DNA of 64,000 nucleotides from Eledone cirrhosa (lineage: Eukaryota), in NCBI GenBank assembly GCA_964016885.1, contig OZ024742.1, forward strand, positions 279,186,001 through 279,250,000, given 5' to 3'. Below are positions 15,067 to 29,064 of this stretch, in pieces. Below the pieces are notes generated by a model. That model did no database searches and was not told the origin of the DNA. It worked only from the letters and a program-made list of their open reading frames with translations. Every line of letters begins with the position of its first letter. Position 1 is the first letter of the stretch. Position numbers and translations under genes: made by a program.

Positions 15067-16084
15067 GAAAATGTTCGCTCTAAATGGCTGAATAAAATAA
15101 ATGTAATCTGAGTTTTTCGAATATTAATAATAACATTCGATTAGTTTGTAATAATGCAAACAAGCCTCAATTGTATAGCCATGTCAGTAGAATGAACCAT
15201 TCATTCTTGATCTGTTGTTGGCATGTGATCAGAACTGCAGACACTAATATTTCTGGGTACCACCCTTCATGAGTACAGCTCACTTTTCACCTGCCAAACA
15301 GTCAGAGCTAGTGAAAATATATGCTATTTTCTAAAATAGAGTGACTGATCGGCCTGATTTGCATGTTAGCAGAATGGCTGATCAGTCAAATCTGCATATT
15401 ACCAGATCCACTGATCATCCAGATTTGCATATCAGCAGACTGGCCAGTCAGTTTCCTGTATGCGAGCGATAAGTCACCGGCTTTGCCAAATTCAAATAAG
15501 AAAGAAAATGTTCGCTCTACATGGCTGAATACAATAAATGTAATCTGAGTTTTTAGAATATTAATAATAACATTCGATTCGTTTGCAATTATACAAACAA
15601 GCCTCAATTTTATAGCCATGTCAGCAGAATGAACCATTCATTCTTGCTCTTGTGTTGGCTTGTGAACAGAACTGCAGACACTAATGTTTCTGGGTATCTC
15701 CCTTCATCAGTACAGCTCACTGTTCACCTGCCAAACTGTCAGAGCTAGTGAAAATATATGCTATTTTCAAAAATACACAGTAAATTATCGGGTAATATGC
15801 AGATCTGACTGATCAGCCAGTCAGCTAATATGCAAATCAGGCCGATCAGTCTCTGTGTATTTTGAAAATAGCATATATTTTCCCTAGCTCTGACAGTTTG
15901 GCAGGTGAACAGTGCGCTGTACTGATGAAGGATTAGTGTCTGCAGTTCTTTTCGCACGCCAACACAGGTGCAAGAATGAAGGGTTCATTCTACTGACATG
16001 GCTATAAAATTGAGGCTTGTTTGCATAATTGCAAACGAATCGAATGTTATTATTAATATTCGAAAAACTCAGATTACATTTATT
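15066..16084. repeat. Partial tandem plus inverted pLTR-like repeat
   Basis: Direct copies start at 15066 and 15503; inverted copy at 15791-16084; flanked by (TA)n. Confidence 0.9.
15672..15715 (-). ncRNA. Type I minimal hammerhead ribozyme
   Basis: Minus strand: CTGTA CTGATGA A GGG agata CCC A GAAAC ATTAGT GTC TGCAG; all three stems pair. Confidence 0.8.
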
Positions 16085-16108
16085 ATATATATATATATAT
16101 ATATATAT

Positions 16109-16250
16109 AACGAAGGAATTGGGGTAAGGAACCAGATCGACCATAACGCACCAGAGTACTCAATACTTAGGGTAGTAGAGTGGGTAATAGGAAAAGGTAT
16201 GACCGCAACGGCGTATTGACAGAGCCGTTATAATGTCGAATAGAGTACAT
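16109..16250 (+). repeat. Family C fragment
   Basis: Matches 28838-28940. Confidence 0.75.
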
Positions 16251-16479
16251 TGCGTACAAAAAAATAAATGACTAGGGCCGATTCAACCTCTATATCTCAT
16301 TCTCACTTCCTCACTATCATTCTTTCTTTCTTTCTTTCTCCCCCCCCCCTCTCTATCTCTTTTCCCTCTCTTCCTTGAAGAAATTGCAATTTGGAAGGGA
16401 AAGGTAATATTGAACACGACAACAGCAACAACAGCAGCCTCAGTATAAAATAACAACGACGAAGTAATATGAGAAATCT

Positions 16480-16760
16480 CCCTACGTGAGGTATCTTGAC
16501 TAGGGTGGATTTGAACTTAGAACCTAAAAAACAAATAAAATACAGGCAAATATTTTTCCCAACGGGTTAATGATTTTGTCAATTCACGCAATAATATAAT
16601 AGACTGCAATAGTTCACTGGCATTTTTATAATCCGATCAGCCAGGAAGAAAAGCTAAACTGACTTCGGTGAAATTTGAACTGAGAACATAAATTGACAGA
16701 GCTAAATGCCACAAAGCATTTTGTTCGATGCTTTATCGCATCTGTCAATGAATCATACTG
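16480..16760 (-). mobile_element. Two degenerate SINE heads
   Basis: ggatttgaac / aaatttgaac (reverse-complement B box), similar to the units at 61645-62545. Confidence 0.55.
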
Positions 16761-18084
16761 AATGCAGTTTTTTAATCTAAAAAATATCACATAAAGAGTG
16801 ACGAATGGTACACGTGTATTGAATGCCGTGTCTTCTTTTTAATAACAAAAATCATATTAGCAGTAACAAATGGTATGCACCTGTTTTATGCTTGTATTTG
16901 GCTTGGATGTTGACCGTGTGTTCATGTGAAAGGGCAGAAGAATAACGAAGAGAAGATATTAAAGTGAATTACCAAGGAGATTCGATTGATTGTTCAATGT
17001 GTATGTGTATCTGGGTCTGTATATGCTTGTGTATTCTTATACGTTGCCATGTGTATGGTTGTATATCCGTATTATGGATCTGTATTTGTGTATGTTTATA
17101 AGTGAGTATGAACATCTATGTTTGTATATGCAGTTATGTTTGTGAGTATCTTTGTTTATAAATCTGCATGTGCATGTTTATATGTACGTATGTTTCTTAG
17201 TGTCTATACAATTTTGTGTGGGTACAATTATCTGTTTGTGTGCGCCTGCGTGTGTGCGTGTGTCTATATGCGTGTGTCCATGTGTATTTCTGAATATTTA
17301 TCAATTTGTTTGACTGTGCATTTGTTTGTTTATAAATGTACATTTGTGGGTGTGTGTATGTGTACTAGAGTGAATATGCACATGTGTGTGTCTTTATAAG
17401 TGAGTATGTGTACGTATTTGTATGTAAATGCATATTTCTGTCTGTATGTGTGTATTGATGTTTGCCTGCGCATTTGAGCACAATACGCACAGAATCGCAG
17501 TAAATACGGTTATAACAATTCGGTCAATCATTTGTCTTGGACTGATATCATTTCAGGGACCCTAAAGGAGGAAACGCAAGTGTTTGGAGCAAATGGCGTA
17601 TTACATTTAATCCGAAACCGTAACGACTGTGCCAATTTGTAACCCTTGTTTAATTATTTGCTTGTGTGTGTTTGTGTGTATATGTCTATGTGTGTGTAAG
17701 TGTGTGTGTGTATGCGTGCGCGCGCGCACGTGTGTGTATGTGTGTGTGAGTTTTCACCAGCATGCTTGCATTCCAACTAGTAAAAGAATAAAGGAATACA
17801 AGAATATAAGTCTCTCCTTTAGCAGAAGAATATATACTGTCCACAAATAAACTTCGTTTCAGTAACAACAATATCTCTCATATAGGAGCACAACAATGGA
17901 AATAACATCAAAAGCACATCATTAATAACAAATAAATTGCTTATTTCCCACTAGGGTGCAATATATACATTGTCTGTACGAGTAATAATCTAACGAAACA
18001 TATTTATGTGCTATTGTGATTCTTTGTTCATAAAATATTACATGTTTTTTTTATCTATTCCTATATTATCGATGCGGTGTTTTG

Positions 18085-19545
18085 TCAGACTTTTTATATC
18101 CCGTGTTCAGAACCCATCGTGGATAACTTTGCCTTTCGTCCTTCCGTGGTGGATAAAATAAAGTACGAGTGGAAGTATCGGTAGAGGGTCGGACAACATG
18201 CTTTGCAGCATAGAGTTACGACCCTTTAGTGTCTGAGTTCAAATCCCATCGAGGTTAACTTTGCCTTTCATCCTTACGGGATCGATAAAATGAAGTACCA
18301 GTCATGCACTGGAGTCGATTTAATTGACTTTCCCATCCCCCAAAATTGCTGGCCTTGTGCCTATATAAGGAACTCTTATTTTAAGAAGTGGGATTGGTAG
18401 TATCTTTATGGCTTCATAGAAATTATTTTTACATGTTGGGCGAAGCATCTGTTGCGGCATTTAGCGTTCTGAGCTCAATTCTCACTGAACTCAACTTTGC
18501 CAGTCATCATTTCTGGGTTATATAATAAAGTATCAGGCAAATTCTAAGCTCAGCTGAATCGTCTTTCCCATCTTTCAAATTGCTGGTCTTGATTACATAT
18601 TGGAAATGATTATTTTAAGGGCAGTCTTTTTGGCAGAATCGTTAGGACATAGGAAGAAATGCCTTGCGTTATTACATCTGAATTAACGCACTGACGTCGA
18701 TTAATCGACTTTCCCCTTCCCATAAAATTGCTGGTCTTGTTCCTATAGTATAAATCGTTATTACCTCTGAATTTTTCGTTATATTATGAGTTAAAATGGT
18801 ATCGATGACATTGTTGACAAGTATTCTTCCGGGGAGGGTAAAATAATGTACCATCAATTCCTCGGCTCGGTTTTATCCATTATTTCATCCATAGAAATGT
18901 TTGGTCTCTGCCTATGTATGCAAAACATATTATTAATTATTATTAAGCTGTTCAATGTCCTGGACCACTGTTGTATTAATTTTCATCCATTTGCATTCTG
19001 ATTTTTAATGTCATCGAGGTAAAGAGGTAAAGTCTTATTTTCATTATTCGGGGTTCGAGTGAATACAGTACCAGTAAAGTTCTAGGGTACTATAATCAAA
19101 TTCAATTGCTGGTCTTGTGCCTTTATGATAAATTATTATTTGGGTAAAATTCCATTGCGGCATTGTTCCGCTTCTTAATGTTTTGCTTTCAAATTCTGCC
19201 GAGTTCATGGCCTTTATCCTCCCGGCTCGATAAAATATGCACCAGTGATGAACTGGGCTTGATTAACTCAATTCATTCTTCCACCCAATTTCTGGATTTG
19301 TGCTTCTTTTATAAATCATTGCTAAAATAGGTTGGCGTAGGTTTAACAGAAGATTGTCAGTCAAAACATCTTGCAACATTTAATTATTCCTCTCTATGTT
19401 CTGATTTCAAATCCGACCATGGCCACAATTACATTTAATCATGAAGAGCTGTAAAGATAAAGTACAAGTAAAGAACTAGACCGGATTTAATCAAATTTCC
19501 CCGCCTCCAAAAATTGCTGGCCTTATGCCGAAATTAGAAATCATT
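18085..19545 (+). mobile_element. Tandem cluster of about 7 degenerate tRNA-derived SINEs (Meta-domain type)
   Basis: Repeated gttcaaatccc..actttgcctttcatcc..gataaaat..gtaccag..aaattgctggccttgtgcc. Confidence 0.8.
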
Positions 19546-20393
19546 AGTTATATTAAGAGTTATTTAACTTATGACACCAGGAATGCAATCCATCTTGAAA
19601 GTTTCTCAAGGAAGCCAATGTAAACATTGATAGAATTCAATAAACATTCACACAACTTCGTATTTGTTTCTCCGTCTCCTCGTTTACGTCAGATGTCGAT
19701 ATGTTTGAATAATGGCTTTAGGTAACCTAATTGAGCAGTCAGTAACTCAGTAACAATCTTAACCGTCGCAGTTTGCTTCTTCTGCAAGATATTATAATCA
19801 CTGTGCAGTGCTTCGTCAATTATTTATAGCTCATGCCATTGTTGTAATGAAAACTGTTGGTGGGTGTTGACTTCTTTACGTGTGAATGTTGAAGACATGT
19901 TTATAAGCTAACCTTCCATAGAGAGAAACTTGACATTGTGATGTCATATACTGAGATGAGTAAACGTTACAAAAAGAATCACAATATTTCTTCAAAAGAA
20001 GAAAGTAGGGTGCTCTTTGTATGTATGTATGTATGTATGTATGTATGTATGTATGTATGTATGTATGTATGTAGTAGTTAGGTATGTATGTAGGTAGGTT
20101 GGTAGTTATTCAGGTACGTATGTATATAATGTGTGTGTGTTTGTTTGTGTGCTTGTTCGAACACATCGATACTACTGTTTCAAAATTTTTGGGAAAGATT
20201 TTTCTTATTTCTTTATTAGTTCGAAACACTAGCCCTCTTAAATATGTGCGTAAGACCGTTTCGAATGTTACATAGCTCATATATATATACAGGGAGTGTA
20301 ACGCGAAGTTACTATAGGTTCACCCAGGTGAGCACTCGATGTTTAGGTTCACGTCAGTATCGAGGTGTAGAGCAAAACAGATTGTAATATAAT

Positions 20394-20690
20394 AATATAA
20401 GGACGATTTGTTAGGCTTTCATTACGGTTATTGATTGGTGAGGCGCGTTTCGCTATTGATCAGCTCAAGGTTCGATCTCTGTCGATTGGGCCTGACTCTG
20501 GAATCAAAAGCTCGTCGGATCTCTGTTGATGTAATGACAGATTCTGTCATTACTATAAGAGAGGTCCGACGAGCTCTTGATTCCAGAGTCGGGCCCGATC
20601 GACACAGATCGAACCTTGAGCTGATCAATAACGAAACGCGCCCCACTAACCAATAAATGTATTGAAGGCTTAACCAATAGTCCTTATATT
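20394..20690. repeat. Fold-back palindrome with a 1-nt loop
   Basis: Axis at 20542 (gtaatgacaga-t-tctgtcattac); arms about 148 bp; reciprocal ORFs on both strands. Confidence 0.93.
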
Positions 20691-20716
20691 GTATATATAT
20701 ATATATATATATGTGT

Positions 20717-21118
20717 AAAAGAATAGAGGTGTAACACACAAGTTATTATATATGGGTAAACAGAATAGAAAATGCTGACAAATTGTTCACAGTGAAAAAT
20801 AGTTTAATTAGGAATAAGTGAGAATTAGTAATAGTATTGGTTAGTATTCAGTTTTGGTTTTAAGTTTTACCGGTTGCGCATTTCTAATGCTTTTCAAAAA
20901 TAATTTTGAGATAGAGTGTCCGTGATGTTTGCTCAGATCAGAGCAAACATCACGGACGCTCTATCTCAAAATTATTTTTGAAAAGCATTAGAAATGCGCA
21001 ACCGGTAAAACTTAAAACCAAAACTGAATACTAACCAATACTATTACTAATTCTCACTTATTCCTAATTAAACTATTTTTCACTGTGAACAATTTGTCAG
21101 CATTTTGTTTTCCGATTA

Positions 21119-21125
<7 letters not shown>
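20717..21125. repeat. Fold-back palindrome, family A, second locus
   Basis: Axis 20937/20938, equivalent to that of 12311-12741; tail on the left (opposite orientation); variant HHR at 20975-21010 (+) with a mirror copy. Confidence 0.93.
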
Positions 21126-21181
<56 letters not shown>

Positions 21182-21361
21182 TATAAGGGAGAGGATTAGG
21201 AGTGTGTAACACTCCACTTATCCAATAGGCAGTATCCTCCAATTTTATTTTCTACACTCTATTTACTCTACTCTTTAAACTCCCCCCAACTTATGGCATC
21301 CCCATATATATTCTTCTGTCTTGGCTTTGTTATTGCTTGTGTAATATGTAATCACTCTTTA

Positions 21362-21407
21362 TGCTCTGATGAGTCCCACTTATAGTGTGGACGAAACACT
21401 GTTAGCA
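21362..21407 (+). ncRNA. Type I minimal hammerhead ribozyme
   Basis: TGCT CTGATGA GTCC cac ttata gtg t GGAC GAAAC ACT GTT AGCA; canonical core, GUU site. Confidence 0.85.
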
Positions 21408-21444
21408 AGTAAAGATATACCTATGCTCTAAGCGTTATTTGTTG

Positions 21445-21496
<52 letters not shown>

Positions 21497-21498
<2 letters not shown>

Positions 21499-21690
21499 TT
21501 AATATAGATGACATTGAACAGGACTAGAACTGTTTCATTCTTGAGAAATCATCGGGAATCTGATTGTCTCAATAAATGTGGTGGTATTTATATCTTTTCT
21601 GGTGGTAGGAGAGGGTGGGTAGTGGGATGGGTGGAGGTCATTGATTGAAAGGAAATGGAATTCATACCTATCCGTATTTTCTGCTTCTAC
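21497..21690 (-). repeat. Family E pLTR-like fragment with degenerate HHR
   Basis: Reverse complement of about 29380-29550. Confidence 0.8.
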
Positions 21691-21839
21691 AGCTGTATTT
21701 ATGTTGCTTGTGTATATGCGTATATTCTTGAGTACATGTATGTATGTATTTGTATGAGTGGCCGTTCGTTTGTATGCGTATGGTTGTGTGTATGTGCGTT
21801 CATATGTACCTGCATATGGGCATGTATGTGTATATTTGT

Positions 21840-22588
<749 letters not shown>

Positions 22589-22589
22589 G

Positions 22590-22960
22590 ATGGTGGATGG
22601 GTGCTACACGAGAATGCTGAGGATGGCTCTGAACATTAATCAGTATACACTGAGGATGAAAAACTCAGAGCTGTATGGGAGCATCCCAAAAGTCAGCTCA
22701 AAAGTGACACAGAGAAGACTGAGGTTGGCTGGACATGCTCACCGACATCCAGAGTTGACATTGCACTCAGTGCTCCTTTGGGAGCCCCTACATGGACACA
22801 CTAGAAGAGGAAGACCAAGGTTAACATATGTTGATGTCCTAAGGACAGACACTGGTCTGTTGGAGATGCAGGATATGGCAGCGATAATGAGGGACAGAGA
22901 CCGCTGGAGAGAACTTGTCCATGGATCTCGGGAATTTTACCCGCCTTAGATAGATAGATA
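22590..22960 (+). mobile_element. RTE/RTE-X LINE 3' fragment with (TAGA)n tail
   Basis: [46 protein letters not shown]. Confidence 0.85.
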
Positions 22961-22964
22961 TATA

Positions 22965-23016
<52 letters not shown>

Positions 23017-23019
<3 letters not shown>

Positions 23020-25125
23020 CTTTGAATAACTTTGAAATGTTTTGGCCAGTATTGGCCCAGGCCATGTCTAACTTAATAGCACCACCTGGCGAAGTCTTTC
23101 AATTCAGGATTTGGGCACCATGGCCCATTCGAGAAGAGAATTACTGTTTGCGGAGATATATCCGGGTGTGGGTGGTTTGTCCGGGATTACTTGGAGGAAT
23201 TTGTCCAAAGACTTCTTGAATTTTGAGTGGTCAGTTTCTGTTTTGACGTGTCCTGGTGTGATGTTGAAGAGAGCAGGGCCGATTGAGGTGAAATAATTGT
23301 GCCGTATTGTTGTTATGAGTTGCGATTTAGATTTTTGAATGGGACGGATAGCACGGGGCCCAAGCCTTGGGTGTATCTTGAAGGCGATGCCAACATCATT
23401 TGGGCAGTGATGATGGAACATTTTCCACATCATGCAGATAATATAACGCTCACGGGGACGTTGGAGTGAATAAAGTTTCAGGTTTTCCAATCGACCCCAG
23501 TAGTCAAGGTCTGACATGCCATCTATCTTTTTCGTGATTGCCCTTTGAGGAGCTTCAAGTTTCATGATACTTTGTTTCGTGTGGGGAGACCACAGTGGAC
23601 AACAGTATTCAAGGTGTGGTCGGGCGAAAGTAGAGAAGAGAAGGATAATGGTGCGGGAATCTCTCGACTGGAAGGTTCTGAGGATCCAGGAACACATTCT
23701 GCGGGCCATGTCAACTTTGCTGCTTATATGCGTGGTCCAGCTTATGTTGCTGTCCACGGTTACTCCCAAGTCTCTGATGTTGTTAGATGCCACGAGAGTT
23801 TCCCCGGAGGGAAGGGAGTACGGGAGTTTCAGAGCATCCTCTTTTCCAAAGTGGATCAGTTCGAATTTGTCCTCGTTCAGTAACATGTTGTTCTTTTCTG
23901 CCCATTGGGTAACAGCCAGTAGGTCTGACTGAAGGCTTATCCGGTCATCCACGCCATTGATGACCTTTTGGAGCTTGGAATCATCAGCGAAAATTTTAAT
24001 GTTGCTGTGTTTGATGATGTCAGTGATGTCATTAATATAGATGATGAAGAGAAGTGGGCCCAACACAGTGCCTTGTGGGACTCCACTACTGACTTTGGCT
24101 GGGCTTGATTTGACTCCCTCAACTACAACATGTTGGGTTCTGTTTGACAGGAAGCTCTTGATCCACTGCAGCAGCTTTCCAGTGACACCAATATTGGACA
24201 GCTTTCTCAGTAGAATGTTATGATCAACCCTGTCAAAGGCCTTGCTGAAATCAAGGTAGATAACATCAGTGTTGGAACCCTCTCCCAAGGCTCTCAAAAT
24301 GTCATCAAAGTGATGCAGTAGTTGCGTCAGGCAATCCCTTCCATTACGGAATCCATGCTGGTTGGAGTTCAGCATATTGTTACTCTCAAGGAAGTGGGTC
24401 ATTTGCGATCTCACCACTCGCTCAAATACCTTAATGATATGAGAGGTGAGTGAGATTGGACGGTAATTCACGGCAAGGGATTTGTTTCCCTTTTTGAAAA
24501 CTGGGACAACAGACTGGGATAGAAGGTTTTCTGGCACATATCCAGCATCTAGTGAGTTCCGCCACAGATTGGCAAGAGGAGAAGCAAGTTGGTGTTGACA
24601 CGCCTTCAGGACACAAGCAGGGAACCTATCGGGACCTACTGCTGAATTATGCTTGATTTCCTTTATTGCCGCCAAGACATCAGGGGCGCCAAACGTTATG
24701 TCCGATAAGGTGTAATGGGGAGTAACATCGCCGATACAGCCCAGATCGGCCATATCAGGATTGCTGAAAACAGAGCAGTATTGTTTCTGCAGTATCTCAC
24801 CCATGGTTTTAGCATTGTCTTGAAGAGTGCCATTTTCATCAATTAGAGGGCCAACAGTAGAGCCAGTGATTTTGTGTTTTTTTGCAAATGAAAAGAACAC
24901 TTTGGGATTGAGTTTGATCTTCTCAATGGCCCAGGCCTCTTCAGCTCTTCTCTGATTGTTGATGAGGGACATTATGTTGTTTTGGAGGTTATGTTTTTTA
25001 ATCTCTAGTGATGAAATGGCAGTCAAGTTGATGTGTTGCTGCTGACAGTATTTCAGCTTGTTGATTTTTTTGTTCGTTCTCTTAATTTTTCTGATGAGCG
25101 TTTTTCTATTTCTAGGGATTCTGCT

Positions 25126-25127
<2 letters not shown>
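23017..25127 (-). mobile_element. CR1-group LINE, 5'-truncated
   Basis: RT ORF plus a short 3' UTR ending in repeated TTCAAAGTTA; (TA)n on both sides. Confidence 0.9.
23104..25026 (-). CDS. LINE reverse transcriptase (ORF2 C-terminal part, 640 aa open; no endonuclease domain)
   Basis: NYRPISLTS, QHGFR, YLDFSKAFDRVDH, SGVPQGTVLGPLLF, FADD, RDLGV, RPHLEYC. Confidence 0.9.
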   Translation of the reverse strand: MTAISSLEIKKHNLQNNIMSLINNQRRAEEAWAIEKIKLNPKVFFSFAKKHKITGSTVGPLIDENGTLQDNAKTMGEILQKQYCSVFSNPDMADLGCIGDVTPHYTLSDITFGAPDVLAAIKEIKHNSAVGPDRFPACVLKACQHQLASPLANLWRNSLDAGYVPENLLSQSVVPVFKKGNKSLAVNYRPISLTSHIIKVFERVVRSQMTHFLESNNMLNSNQHGFRNGRDCLTQLLHHFDDILRALGEGSNTDVIYLDFSKAFDRVDHNILLRKLSNIGVTGKLLQWIKSFLSNRTQHVVVEGVKSSPAKVSSGVPQGTVLGPLLFIIYINDITDIIKHSNIKIFADDSKLQKVINGVDDRISLQSDLLAVTQWAEKNNMLLNEDKFELIHFGKEDALKLPYSLPSGETLVASNNIRDLGVTVDSNISWTTHISSKVDMARRMCSWILRTFQSRDSRTIILLFSTFARPHLEYCCPLWSPHTKQSIMKLEAPQRAITKKIDGMSDLDYWGRLENLKLYSLQRPRERYIICMMWKMFHHHCPNDVGIAFKIHPRLGPRAIRPIQKSKSQLITTIRHNYFTSIGPALFNITPGHVKTETDHSKFKKSLDKFLQVIPDKPPTPGYISANSNSLLEWAMVPKS

Positions 25128-26690
<1,563 letters not shown>

Positions 26691-26895
26691 AAGTATGTAT
26701 ACGTACATAAATATATGTATACAGACTTACAGTAGTATGTACATATATACATACATGCACACATATATATATGTACGTATGGATTTACCGAGCATTTATT
26801 ACAATGCTCGGTTTGTTTGTAAACAAACATCCCGAATTAAGCCGTACAGTGTTTAGCCGCCATCGTTGCCCTTTTGTTCAACACTGACAAAGGAA

Positions 26896-26936
26896 CGATG
26901 TACGAGTTTCAAGCTTATTAGCTATCGTCAGCACCG
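26896..26936 (-). ncRNA. Type I minimal hammerhead, family B
   Basis: Minus strand: CGGTG CTGACGA T AGC taataa GCT T GAAAC TC GTA CATCG. Confidence 0.8.
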
Positions 26937-27436
26937 TATACCTTCCAGTCAGATTATTGAACGTCTGAAAGTATATACTTTCCTTATGCATATTAAGGTC
27001 TGAGCAGCCTAACTTGCATATCGAGTGAGTTAATCGGCCGGGCGCACGGAAAGCGATAAATGGAAAAAAATGAAACGAAATTTCATTTCTCACTCTTAGT
27101 AGGGATGTTACCTAAATATAATTATTTGTAGGTACATACATATATGTATACAGACGTACAGTAGTATGTACATATATGCATACATGCACACTTATATATA
27201 TGTACGTATGGATTGACCGAGCCTTTAATATAATGCTCGGTTTGTTTGTAAACAAACATCCCGAATTAAGCCGTACAGTGTTTAGCAGCCATTGATGACC
27301 TTTTGTTCAACACTGACACAGGAACGATGCGCCGGCCGATTAACTCACTCGATATGCAAATTAGGCTGCGCAGCCGTTAATATGCATAAGGAAAGTATAT
27401 ACTTTCAGATGTTCAACCATCTGGCAGGAAGATATA

Positions 27437-27477
27437 CGGTGCTGACGATAGCTAATAAGCTTGAATCTAGTACATCT
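27437..27477 (+). ncRNA. Type I minimal hammerhead, family B (core substitution)
   Basis: CGGTG CTGACGA T AGC taataa GCT T GAATC TA GTA CATC. Confidence 0.65.
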
Positions 27478-28010
27478 TTCCTTTGTCAGTGTTGAACAAA
27501 AGGGCAACGATGGTTGCTAAACACTGTACGGCTTAATTCGGGATGTTTGTTTACAAACAAACCGAGCATTGTAATAAATGCTCGGTCAATCCATACGTAC
27601 ATATATATATGTGTGTATGTATGTATATATGTACATACTACTGTACGTCTGTATACATATATGTATGTACATATACATAGTTATATTTTTTAAGTAACAG
27701 CCGTACTATGAGTGAGAAGTGAAATCTCGTTTCATTTTTTCCATGTATCGTCCTCGGTGCGCCCGGCCGATTAACTCACTCGATATGCAAATTAGGCTGC
27801 TAAGCCGTTAATATACAAACAAACCGAGCATTATAATAAATGCTCGGTAAATCCTTACGTACATATATATATGTGTGCATGTATGTATATATGTACATAC
27901 TACTGTACGTCTGTATACATATATGTATGTACGTATACATAGTTATATTTAAGTAACAGCCGTACTAAAAGTCAGAAATGAAATTTCGTTTCATTTTTTC
28001 CATTTATATA

Positions 28011-28048
<38 letters not shown>

Positions 28049-28066
28049 AGAATATGGGTTTGAAAT

Positions 28067-28288
28067 TATTAGAAATGTAAGCTATCGCCGTATTTTGACT
28101 AAATAAATTAAAGAAAATATTTAGCCTGATAGTGGGGTTAAGTACCCTCGGAGAAATGTAAAAAGATGAGTATTGACGTACATGGGAGTCTTTTTCCATT
28201 CCTCCGAGGGTTCTTAACCCCACTATCAGGCTAAATAATTTCTTTAATTTCTTTAGTCAAAATACAGCGATAGCTTACATTTCTAATA
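28067..28288. repeat. Fold-back repeat related to 54031-54410
   Basis: Arms of about 95 bp around a roughly 26-nt spacer that matches the B-box-adjacent sequence at 54294-54320. Confidence 0.88.
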
Positions 28289-28361
28289 ATATATATATAT
28301 ATATATAAATATATATGACCGTGTGTGTGCGTGTGTGTATATATGTGTATATATGTGTATA

Positions 28362-28821
28362 CATGGTCGGGTCGTTTGCAACTAAACTGGCAACCCCACC
28401 AAAGTTTCTTGGTGAGGAGGGTGACTTTGGACATCCTGCAGGACTAAAAACAAAACCTGTCAAAGGGCAAAGGAGCTCTTAAGAGTCAATGGCCATCCAA
28501 AATCACCGGGAGAGATGACCCCTTAGCCTTTGTCAAGTCAGAATTCTAGGAGAAGGAAAACTCTGATATAACACCTGCAACCCTGATGGTATCCAATGAT
28601 GTTGACATGTTCTTCTTTTTGGTAAATATCATCTTGGTTAAGAGAGTGGGACTGGCTTTGTGCAGTGCCTTTGCTCACTATAAAAGCTTCACGGCACAGG
28701 CATTGCTTTATATCTGGAGATCTCTCTGCACTTGTCGTCACACTCGTTCAGTGCATCGCTAGGGGTTCTCCTACATGGATATAAAGTAGTGGCCGTACTC
28801 GAAAACGAGTTGGCAGCCACC
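28362..28821 (+). mobile_element. Non-autonomous repeat, same family as 40571-41817
   Basis: High similarity; 5'-truncated with an internal deletion. Confidence 0.85.
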
Positions 28822-28837
28822 ATATATATATATATAT

Positions 28838-29017
28838 AACGAAGGAATTGTGGTAAGGAACCAGATGGAGTATAACGCACCAAAGTACTCAATACTTAGT
28901 TAGGAGAGTGGGTAATAGGAACAAATATGACCCCGACGGCAGAGCTCAGCCATTTTGACGGCTATTTCAGAAATAGCCGTCGAAACGAATTGAGCTCTGT
29001 CGTCGGGGTCATATTTG
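28838..29017. repeat. Family C unit ending in a 96-nt hairpin
   Basis: 28922-29017 is palindromic with its axis at 28969. Confidence 0.88.
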
Positions 29018-29025
29018 CATATTTG

Positions 29026-29062
<37 letters not shown>

Positions 29063-29064
<2 letters not shown>

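Noticed and set aside
20428-20739. Paired similar ORFs on opposite strands (also 45889/45997 and 46238/46716)
   Set aside because: A consequence of the palindromic DNA; no coding evidence
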